Assembly (NCBI GenBank): GCA_052034935.1 | Contig: JBPOIB010000003.1 | Span: 34,407-98,406, forward strand | Direction: 5' to 3' | Length of the DNA stretch: 64,000 nucleotides | Origin: Candidatus Moraniibacteriota bacterium | GTDB taxonomy: Bacteria > Patescibacteriota > Minisyncoccia > Moranbacterales > UBA1568 | Shown here: positions 56,631 through 64,000 of the stretch, in pieces | Numbering within the stretch: the first letter of the stretch is position 1 | Layout: the number at the start of each line of letters is the position of its first letter | The notes under the pieces: generated by a model | Told to the model about the DNA's origin: nothing | The model's input: only the letters and a program-made list of their open reading frames with translations | Database searches by the model: none | Position numbers and translations under genes: made by a program

Positions 56631-57269
56631 TTAGGTCCCCAGATCGGATTTCTTCCACTCGGGGATTCCTCCGACCTCGCGCTCGATCGATGAAGCGAGA
56701 CGGAGCGCCGGCTCGTTCGCTGCCGGGACAATCGGATAATGCCGCGAGCGGTCCAGCGCCTCCGCGATATCGATGAGACTCTCTTCGCTCGTAATCCACT
56801 CTGTCCCGAAATGCTTGAGATTGAATGGTCGCGAGTACTCACGCAAAGTCTTCCGACCGGTGGTCGTCATGTAATATTCATGAAAATAGGAGAGGACCAG
56901 TTCGCGCACGGTCCGATACACGGGATCACGGTATCGGAGCACACCATGATTCGTTTTCGACAGAGCACCCCAATACCCATTTCTTTTAAACAACGTCACC
57001 ACATGATCGTAGTCATAACGAAGCGCTCGGAGATCGAGGATAAGCGGCTCTTCGCCGTGATACCAAAGTGCCAAGGCGGCGAGACAGGCTGCCTCAATAC
57101 AGTGTGCTTTACCTTCGCGCAGGACCGCTCGCGGGGAGTGAAACGTCAATTCATTCTTCTCCAAGTTGAAGGGGAGGGTGTCGAGATAATCCTGGATCTT
57201 CGCTGGCGTCGAGAGCCTTTGAAAAAACAATTCCTCTTTTTTATTGAGCCCAAAAATATCTTTTGACAT
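56631..57269 (-). CDS. Conserved hypothetical protein, possibly transglutaminase/cysteine-protease-like
   Basis: AHCIEAA, DHVV, WGALSKTN and SYFHEY motifs. Confidence 0.7.
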   Translation of the reverse strand: MSKDIFGLNKKEELFFQRLSTPAKIQDYLDTLPFNLEKNELTFHSPRAVLREGKAHCIEAACLAALALWYHGEEPLILDLRALRYDYDHVVTLFKRNGYWGALSKTNHGVLRYRDPVYRTVRELVLSYFHEYYMTTTGRKTLREYSRPFNLKHFGTEWITSEESLIDIAEALDRSRHYPIVPAANEPALRLASSIEREVGGIPEWKKSDLGT

Positions 57270-57348
57270 ATCACCAGTATAGTCGGAAAAGAAAAACGCC
57301 GCCCATCCGGTTGAGACCGGGGACGGCGCGCATGCTGCTGACACACCA

Positions 57349-58038
57349 TCAGATACGGCGGAGGTTCTTCCACCAAGGGTAGAACGCGCCAAAGAAGGCG
57401 CCGAAGGCAGTGGCCCACAGAGTGAGCATCGCCGCCGTTGGTAGCGCTCCCCGCTTGACGTAGAATAGAGAGAATTCGCGAGCGAGATCTTCCCTGTTTT
57501 CAGCCAAGAGTACGAAGCCACCAACGAGGACGGCAAAGGCAGTAATCGAAGCGACCAGACCGGCTACCGCAAACGGAACGAGGCCGCGCCGCGACCAGAT
57601 CATGAATCCAGTTCCGACTGTCATGCCCGCAGCGGTGGCGAGAACGGAGTTGAAGCCGAAGAGAAACACCGCAAAGGCAAAAACCGATAGAGCAATAAGC
57701 GTCCACACCTTGGTCTCACGTTTGACTGAACGCGTCCGCTCAGGCGCCAAATCAACTCCAGCTGCATAGAGAGCCGAGCCCGTCACCAGACTCAGGAAAC
57801 CAGCACCAAAGGCTGCACTCTCGAGCGGGAACCACCAAGGAAAGAGCGATGCCGGCTGCCAGAAGTCGAGCTGGTACACGCCGTTGATGGCCGGACCACC
57901 GATGGCACCACAAAGCGCCATGACACGCATCGCCTTTCCGATTTGAGGATCGCTGAAGACAAGGTGGGTGGCCCTGGCGGCAAGACTGGTGAAGAGAGCG
58001 AGGGTGATGTACGCCGTCGACAAATCAATCGCGAACAT
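57349..58038 (-). CDS. Membrane protein resembling lycopene-cyclase-domain proteins
   Basis: Multi-TM; DFWQP...PLE..FG; own promoter and SD. Confidence 0.5.
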   Translation of the reverse strand: MFAIDLSTAYITLALFTSLAARATHLVFSDPQIGKAMRVMALCGAIGGPAINGVYQLDFWQPASLFPWWFPLESAAFGAGFLSLVTGSALYAAGVDLAPERTRSVKRETKVWTLIALSVFAFAVFLFGFNSVLATAAGMTVGTGFMIWSRRGLVPFAVAGLVASITAFAVLVGGFVLLAENREDLAREFSLFYVKRGALPTAAMLTLWATAFGAFFGAFYPWWKNLRRI

Positions 58039-58117
58039 GAGACACTCCACGAAAAGTTGTTAAAGATGTCCGCACTCTACCAGCTTTTTCCCCACTGTCA
58101 ATACCTCCACTCAGAGC

Positions 58118-58837
58118 TTAAATACTATTCGTCGAAGCCATACCAGCCGCTGTGGCTACCAAGCGACGCTTACGCCACTTATCGAATTCGACGGCAAAAC
58201 GAAGAAAGACAACACTCGTACCAACAATCGAGAAGAGCAACCGGGGTGGCGGGAGGGTATCAAAATTGCGGAGATATTCGCCCCACATTTCCGGCCGGAG
58301 ATCAGCGCCGATTGCATTGCTCTCATTCATCATGGCGCGGACGACGAGAAGGAAGAAGGCGAGATAGCCGAAGCGGAGCAGATTGCGCCAGCGTACCGGT
58401 CCGATTGCCATCATCGCCCGGTCATTCGAGATGAGTGTCATCATCGTAAAAATCGCCATGGCCGAAATGCCGAGGAGGAAATCGCTTGTCCAGAAGTTCT
58501 CAAAAAATCCGTACCAATAACGTTCAGGTTGCAGAATCGGGAGAAGAAGCATATAGGTCAGAGCCGAGAAGTAGCCGAGCAGGCCGAAGTATTTTCGGTA
58601 CACGACTTTGCTATCGAGAAAATCAAAGAAGTAACCCAGTGAGGACAGCGAGAGTGAGGCCGCAAAAAGAAAATTCGCCGTGCCCGCCATAACTTTGGCA
58701 AACGAGATGAGCGTGAACGGTCCATCCAGCAGTGTGACGTACAAAAAGAAAAACCCATTCACTCCGAACATGATGAGGAGCGAATTCATCCACAGCTTTC
58801 TCGTCATCGCCGCACGCGGATCAATAGCGTCAGTCAT
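58118..58837 (-). CDS. Ferric-reductase-like transmembrane protein (MsrQ-like)
   Basis: YRKYFGL.G, M.LISND.A...G..RW..L.R.GY; the usual heme His ligands appear absent. Confidence 0.65.
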   Translation of the reverse strand: MTDAIDPRAAMTRKLWMNSLLIMFGVNGFFFLYVTLLDGPFTLISFAKVMAGTANFLFAASLSLSSLGYFFDFLDSKVVYRKYFGLLGYFSALTYMLLLPILQPERYWYGFFENFWTSDFLLGISAMAIFTMMTLISNDRAMMAIGPVRWRNLLRFGYLAFFLLVVRAMMNESNAIGADLRPEMWGEYLRNFDTLPPPRLLFSIVGTSVVFLRFAVEFDKWRKRRLVATAAGMASTNSI

Positions 58838-58952
58838 AAGGGAAATATTTCCTCTTCAGTATATATCGAAATAGGGTCGATTGACTTCAGGGGCCCGCTC
58901 GGGTAATCTGGTCAGTCGTCACTTAACAACTCATCTCTCGAAAGGACATACG

Positions 58953-60497
58953 ATGAATGCCTTCAATGCGCATTGGCCCGACGTCCGTGTCGAGGACGTC
59001 TTTCTTGTGACCGGAAACGGCCTCACCACCATCCGAAGCTGGGAAAGGTTTCGGAAGGCTCGCTGGTACAAAAAGGCGACCGGGAACCTGCGTCGTCTAC
59101 CAGCAGTCTACGCCCTCGGTGAGGCCTACAAACACTTCTGCAAAATTCACGACCAAGAGCCAGAATGGATGAAGCGCCTACCTGAAAATATGCGGGGGAG
59201 CCTCCGTCATCTTTGGCTCACCGGCGATTGGTTCGATCCGCTCTGGATCATTCAGTACCGGCAAGGTCTCGGGTTCTCATTTGCGGTCGAGAGCGATGGC
59301 TTCATCCATGATGTTGCCGAAGCACTCAATGTATTCCGGCTCGGTGAAATCCGGCAGCTCGGTTTCCTGCATGACCCCGTTGTGAACAACGACACAGCTG
59401 ATATCGGGCTCGCCGAAAACTTCCATCACACCCGCCTCCTTCATTCCGCAACCGTGATGGCAACAGCCGCCCTCATCGCGCACAGACTTCGGCTGCCGAA
59501 ACTCCTCACTCGTCATCTCTTGGTCGCCGCGCTCACCCATGACATCTTGACTCCGGCGGGCGGGGACTCAGTCAAGCCTATCGATCCTGATGGGCTCGAC
59601 GAAGACCAGCACTACCCGGAAGCTTTTCGCAATAACCCGCGTTGGGAAGTAGTGAGTCGGCGCTATCGACTCGATGAAACACTCCTAGCGAAAACCGTTG
59701 CCGGAAAGGGATTACTGGGGCAACTCCTCGACATTGCCGACAAGACCACGTATGTCGATCACGATGTCGACGCCTACCTGAAGTGGAATGACCCGCGGAA
59801 GTTTCGTTGGCTCGTTCCGTCAGCAGGCTTCGTCGAGGTTTGGGATCTTCGGAAGAAACTCGGACAAAAAGCCTGCCGACTGTGGGACTCTCTCGAGCTC
59901 GTCGCTGGGAAGCTCGTCATCACGAACCCGAGTCGTCTCGCCGGTTTCCTCCGCTTGCGTGCACTCATGTTCCGTCACCTGTACTTCAACCCACGTGCCC
60001 GCTACCGAGAGCAGATGCTCGCGCTGCTCGTCATCGAGCCGCTCTACCACGAAGGACGACTCACCCGTGAGATGCTGCTCCGAATGACAGACCATGAGCT
60101 CATGCGTTGGATCGACCAGGAGACAGGGTGTGACATCAAGGAACACCTCTCGCGCAGTGACTGTGCGCCCGCAATCGAGTCATTCGCCACAGAAGGAGAA
60201 GCGCTCTCCCGGCTCCGGGCGCTTCACCAGAGCGATCGGACACTTCTCTTCATGCTCGAGACTTTCCCAGAGCCGAGCAAGAAAGCCGTCCGGGCCCTCG
60301 TCCGCGACGAGCGGGGTGATATCCGACCATTCGAAGAAGCCTACCCCGAGGAAGCCGACGGCATCCTTGCCTTCGGCCGAGACTCAACGCCCGTCAAGCT
60401 CTATATCCTCAACAAATGGAAAGCCGGCCGGGTGCTGCCGCGAGACCTTTGGGAAAAGCTCTACGCCAGGCAACGAGTACGCTTCAACCTCGAGTGA
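58953..60497 (+). CDS. HD-domain phosphohydrolase (SAMHD1/dNTPase-like)
   Basis: RL..IRQLG, HTRLLHS, THDI, DIADKTTYVDHD and MFRHLYF motifs. Confidence 0.75.
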   Translation: MNAFNAHWPDVRVEDVFLVTGNGLTTIRSWERFRKARWYKKATGNLRRLPAVYALGEAYKHFCKIHDQEPEWMKRLPENMRGSLRHLWLTGDWFDPLWIIQYRQGLGFSFAVESDGFIHDVAEALNVFRLGEIRQLGFLHDPVVNNDTADIGLAENFHHTRLLHSATVMATAALIAHRLRLPKLLTRHLLVAALTHDILTPAGGDSVKPIDPDGLDEDQHYPEAFRNNPRWEVVSRRYRLDETLLAKTVAGKGLLGQLLDIADKTTYVDHDVDAYLKWNDPRKFRWLVPSAGFVEVWDLRKKLGQKACRLWDSLELVAGKLVITNPSRLAGFLRLRALMFRHLYFNPRARYREQMLALLVIEPLYHEGRLTREMLLRMTDHELMRWIDQETGCDIKEHLSRSDCAPAIESFATEGEALSRLRALHQSDRTLLFMLETFPEPSKKAVRALVRDERGDIRPFEEAYPEEADGILAFGRDSTPVKLYILNKWKAGRVLPRDLWEKLYARQRVRFNLE

Positions 60498-60562
60498 ATC
60501 CACTCCACCCTTCAGAACGAGTTTCGCGACTCGTTCTTTTCTTTTCTTCAAAAACAACGGTT

Positions 60563-61027
60563 TTATTCAGCAGAAGTCGTGGTGGCCGTTTCGCTCGGAC
60601 GAAGCATGGAAAGCGAAAGAATAAAAATTGAAATGATAATCACGGTACACATAAGGCACAGCAGACAGTATTGATGGATGAAGAAAATCTCGCGATAGAT
60701 AATGAACCCGTTGAAGCCTATCCCCATCGCGGAAAGCACCGCGAGTACCTTGGCCGGCATCGTTGAGACACGACAGTGGCCATACCACGCGATACAGAAG
60801 AGAATCGGGTAGACGACGAGAGCGATAAAAGGGAAGGGGATGCCGAAGACGAGCGAGAGTGGGTTCCGAAGCACATCCGAGCACGAGCCCACACCAAAGG
60901 CATCGCAGGCGGTCGAGAGTTCCGATTGACCGACGAAGTGATAACCGTACGCCTTGTAGCTAAGGTAGCCCGCGTTCACAATTGCCACCGCTGCGAGCAC
61001 CATGATCACGAGATATTTTTTTGACAT
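60563..61027 (-). CDS. Vitamin K epoxide reductase family protein
   Basis: C....GSCSDVL, FGIP and CLLC motifs. Confidence 0.9.
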   Translation of the reverse strand: MSKKYLVIMVLAAVAIVNAGYLSYKAYGYHFVGQSELSTACDAFGVGSCSDVLRNPLSLVFGIPFPFIALVVYPILFCIAWYGHCRVSTMPAKVLAVLSAMGIGFNGFIIYREIFFIHQYCLLCLMCTVIIISIFILSLSMLRPSETATTTSAE

Positions 61028-61095
61028 ACCGTTTCCTTATAAATCTGCTCTCAGTGTAGCAAATCAAAACCCCCTCGAGGAGAGTCTGGATCCTG

Positions 61096-61123
61096 TGAGC
61101 TCCCTGGTACACACGGTTAGAAC
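61096..61123 (+). repeat. 28-bp direct repeat, copy 1
   Basis: TGAGCTCCCTGGTACACACGGTTAGAAC; 24/28 identical to 62401-62428. Confidence 0.8.
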
Positions 61124-61150
61124 TAATTTCCTAAATTATAGACAGAGTGA

Positions 61151-61960
61151 CTAAAAATATCTCTCCAGTTTTGAGATAATCTTTTGTGCTTTTTTTGGAA
61201 CGTTAGATATTTTCAACGTAAACGTACCACGCATATCAAGAAAAGAATCAATTTCTGAAATATCCTGTTTCGTAACACTAGGGTGCTCTCTCATCCAGGA
61301 AACGAAGTCTGCACTAACTCTAGTATCGAGCTTCGTTTCAAAAATAAACTTTCCAATAACATTTTTGTACTCTTCCTCGTCTTGCTTGAGAGGATTCTTA
61401 TCAAAAAGTACTTCCATTTTTTGTTTGGTACGCACCCGTAAAATAGAACGATCCACTGCTAAAGGGTGAGTAATCACCAGACGCTGTAACCGGCTTTTCT
61501 GTCGACGCAACCAAAGAGCGTCAGTTTCAGGGCGGGCGTAGTAGAACCAGTCATGGGGAGCAATGGAATACGTAGGAAACGAAAGAGGAAGTTCTTCTTC
61601 AACAAGAAGAAAGGCTTGAGTCCAGTAGAGCTCTAACTCTCTCAGCGTTCGAAATCTGAGCTTCACATACTCTCCTGGTCTGAGATCTAGGAAAGAGCTT
61701 GTGCGAGCAGATGATTGATACATACGAGCCATACGATTCAATCGCCCAAGCTCTTTATCAATCCACCAAAGAGAGAGGCTCACACTCTTGGCGTGAAACG
61801 TTATGACTTCTTTTTCTTTGAGAGCGCGTAAGGCCTTATATACCCCCTGAATACTTACATGATTTTCTCTCTGAAGCTCGGTTAATAGAACAGCCTTCTC
61901 AATTGAACCCTTTCCGAGAAAATCTATAATTCTTTCTTCAATATTCGTGTCTGGCATCAT
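61151..61960 (-). CDS. Hypothetical protein with a probable N-terminal winged helix
   Basis: SIQGVYKALRALKEKEVI; lower GC than the core genes. Confidence 0.65.
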   Translation of the reverse strand: MMPDTNIEERIIDFLGKGSIEKAVLLTELQRENHVSIQGVYKALRALKEKEVITFHAKSVSLSLWWIDKELGRLNRMARMYQSSARTSSFLDLRPGEYVKLRFRTLRELELYWTQAFLLVEEELPLSFPTYSIAPHDWFYYARPETDALWLRRQKSRLQRLVITHPLAVDRSILRVRTKQKMEVLFDKNPLKQDEEEYKNVIGKFIFETKLDTRVSADFVSWMREHPSVTKQDISEIDSFLDMRGTFTLKISNVPKKAQKIISKLERYF

Positions 61961-62077
61961 CTGAGATTAAACTTTTAGTTTAATATTTAACTAAAGTAAA
62001 GCTTTTTTTAGATGAATTGTCAATAATGTGACATCTTCAATCCGCGAGATACTCGTGTTCTTTCGAAAGGAAATGTA

Positions 62078-62299
62078 ATGCCTCCGAGTGGATTCAGTGA
62101 AAAGGCCATCGAGGGAGCCCTCGTCTTCATCAAGGGCTGTTATGAAGATCTGCTTCAGGAGGTGAGGGACGGGAAACATCCTTCTCCTGAAGTAGCCATC
62201 GAGTACGAGATCAGCCAAATCGGGAAGGCTTTGGCGAAGCTCCACATCGACAAGGATGGCAGTCTGGTGGAGCGCACCACCGTCCATGCGACCAGCTAG
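62078..62299 (+). CDS. Small hypothetical protein
   Basis: 73 aa; SD AAAGGA; followed by hairpin CCTTCCACTG / CAGTGGAGGG. Confidence 0.6.
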   Translation: MPPSGFSEKAIEGALVFIKGCYEDLLQEVRDGKHPSPEVAIEYEISQIGKALAKLHIDKDGSLVERTTVHATS

Positions 62300-62400
62300 A
62301 AGAACTAGCCATCACAACTTACCTTCCACTGTCATGTGCAGTGGAGGGTTTTCATTTTTAGACACAAAAAAGAGGCCTATCAAAGCCTCTTTTCTGAAAT

Positions 62401-62428
62401 TGAGCTGGCTGGTACAGGCGGTTAGAAC
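62401..62428 (+). repeat. 28-bp direct repeat, copy 2
   Basis: TGAGCTGGCTGGTACAGGCGGTTAGAAC. Confidence 0.8.
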
Positions 62429-62575
62429 CAACGCTCAAATGCTTCGCTAGACTGTTGAATTCTTTTGGCTTTCCTAAGCCATAAAGTTATCTTATCCACC
62501 GTTTATACATATTTTCCATCTTTTTTTACATCTTTTTGCATTGCCAAATGATAAATGCCATGTTACGCTGTCAGC

Positions 62576-63265
62576 ATGACGAATCAGCGGTTATCTAAAA
62601 AACAAGGCGATGTATACAACGAGATACGCCGCCACATCACAGACAGCGGGATTTCTCCTACGCTCGAGGAACTGAGGCAGGCATTAGGCCTGAAGTCACT
62701 TAACTCAGTGAAGCAGTTTGTTGATGCCCTCGAAAAAAGAGGGCTGATCAGACGACGTCCATATGAGAAGAGAAACATTGAGTTAGTTTCCGACACTCCA
62801 AGGGAAAATACCGGCGTTGTTCTACTCCCCGTCATTGCGTCGGCTGGCTGTGACGCGCTGAATGTTTTTGCGGATCAGCGTTTTGACGAACACCTGACCG
62901 TTGATTCAAGGTACATTCCAAAAAATAAGAGTTCAGATAACTTAGTTGTCTTTAAGGCTATCGGCCAGAGCATGGAAGCGTCTGGGATTAATAGCGGTGA
63001 CTATGTACTGGTAGAGCGAACGGATAGCGTGTCGAATGGTGACAGAGTCGTTGCAAGCGTTGGCGACATGGCAGTAATCAAGCGTCTCCGGGTCGGAAAA
63101 AATGCGACTACTCTCGATCCAGATTCCCCTAATCCTTACTACCGACGGATTGTGATGAAAGATAACTCGAGCATTTTCGGAAAAGTCCTCGATGTCATCA
63201 AGACAAGTATGGATGACCAATACGTGCTTGAGTTCGAAGGTGGTAGACGAGAGATTCTGAACTAG
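62576..63265 (+). CDS. LexA-like S24 autocleaving repressor
   Basis: SPTLEEL HTH, Ala-Gly site (SAG), catalytic G.SM and IKR; promoter TTGCCA-N17-TACGCT (62541-62569) implies a near-leaderless start. Confidence 0.9.
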   Translation: MTNQRLSKKQGDVYNEIRRHITDSGISPTLEELRQALGLKSLNSVKQFVDALEKRGLIRRRPYEKRNIELVSDTPRENTGVVLLPVIASAGCDALNVFADQRFDEHLTVDSRYIPKNKSSDNLVVFKAIGQSMEASGINSGDYVLVERTDSVSNGDRVVASVGDMAVIKRLRVGKNATTLDPDSPNPYYRRIVMKDNSSIFGKVLDVIKTSMDDQYVLEFEGGRREILN

Positions 63266-63292
63266 CAGTTCTGTTATACCCTTTTGAAGGTC

Positions 63293-63323
63293 AAAAAAAG
63301 CCGTCATTGAGGACGGTTTTTTT
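63293..63323. terminator. Intrinsic terminator after the LexA-like gene
   Basis: A7-GCCGTC-ATTGAG-GACGGT-T6. Confidence 0.8.
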
Positions 63324-63457
63324 GGGCGTTTAAATCAAATGGAGCCCTTTCCTGAAAGACTCCGGTCGTACTTGAGAAGCTAGCAATGAACACAAAAGCT
63401 TACTACTTTGACTGTAACATGCTGACACCCGATTAAACAACCCTCACCGAAAACAGT

Positions 63458-63613
63458 ATGAGCAAGGACGCTAAAACTTCTCTGCGTGGTCGAGATGCAG
63501 AAACGGGTCAATTCACTACCGTTGAAGAGGCCCGCCGACATCCCAAAGACCATGTGGTAGAACGTGTTCCGAAGCCAGGCTACGGCGACACTGAAAAAAA
63601 GAGTCAGCGATAA
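63458..63613 (+). CDS. 51-aa small protein (below the ORF-track cutoff)
   Basis: MSKDAKTSLRGRDAETGQFTTVEEARRHPKDHVVERVPKPGYGDTEKKSQR; contains an RD..TG.F motif. Confidence 0.7.
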   Translation: MSKDAKTSLRGRDAETGQFTTVEEARRHPKDHVVERVPKPGYGDTEKKSQR

Positions 63614-63691
63614 GCCGTAGTTAAAGGTTGTTAAGGGTCGAGGTTTCATCTGAGGAAAGGGGATGTCCTCGACTCAAAACAATCAAATCAT

Positions 63692-64000
63692 ATGCCAACA
63701 CTACATCACCTATTTTTCTCCCAAGATACAAATAAACGAACATTGCATCGGAACATAGCTCCGACACCAAGACAGCAGGAAATGCAGCAAGAACGGTGGC
63801 ATGATGTTTGTGATTATTTGATAGAAGACCTGCAAGAGCGTACTGGGATAACAATCTCATCCTGGCTCCAAGGATCGTATAAGTTAGGCACCCAAATAAG
63901 GCCGACCAAAAAATCTCAAGGGTTTGATATTGATCTAGGAATTTATTTTCACCTAGAAAATAATCCTCTCACTGAGGAGGGTACTATTTCCCCTAAAATA
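63692..64000 (+). CDS. cGAS/DncV-like nucleotidyltransferase (CBASS CD-NTase), 3'-truncated by the window edge
   Basis: Open frame MPTLHHLFF...SWLQGSYKLGTQIRP...FDIDLGIYF carrying the hGS and DxD catalytic motifs. Confidence 0.82.
   Translation, partial: MPTLHHLFFSQDTNKRTLHRNIAPTPRQQEMQQERWHDVCDYLIEDLQERTGITISSWLQGSYKLGTQIRPTKKSQGFDIDLGIYFHLENNPLTEEGTISPKI

Noticed and set aside
58881-58952. TTG-start N-terminal extension of the HD protein
   Set aside because: The TTG is part of the -35 hexamer; the SD-preceded ATG at 58953 is preferred.
62256-62450. 64-aa ORF ending in ...WLVQAVRTNAQMLR
   Set aside because: It crosses two hairpins and the repeat; only the final codons could be a recombinase or att remnant.

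Overview
This looks like a chromosomal segment of a Patescibacteria/CPR bacterium (Parcubacteria, Moranbacteria-like). That assignment is inferred from the short IF-2, the PrgI/VirB4/VirB6-like secretion cluster, the G5/3D/LysM cell-wall genes and the generally weak Shine-Dalgarno signals. TGA ends several genes, so genetic code 11 applies. Most of the window is core: infB, cca, pcrA, rsmA, comM, yraN, pnp, rpsO, gyrA, rpsA, gmk, tilS, ftsH, rbfA, udg, msrAB and seven tRNAs. Five things stand out. (1) A ~500-nt, highly structured transcript with a near-consensus sigma70 promoter and no long ORF lies upstream of yraN (31.57-32.10 kb, minus strand). (2) Five parS sites are written into the coding sequence of an AT-rich O-antigen-ligase gene (49.27-50.16 kb). 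(3) A 28-bp direct repeat (61096 and 62401) bounds accessory cassettes. (4) The second cassette carries a LexA-like repressor, an unannotated 51-aa protein and the start of a CBASS CD-NTase that runs off the window end. (5) A small conserved gene is interrupted by two in-frame TAA codons at apparent Glu positions. All assignments come from reading motifs by eye; no database searches were run.
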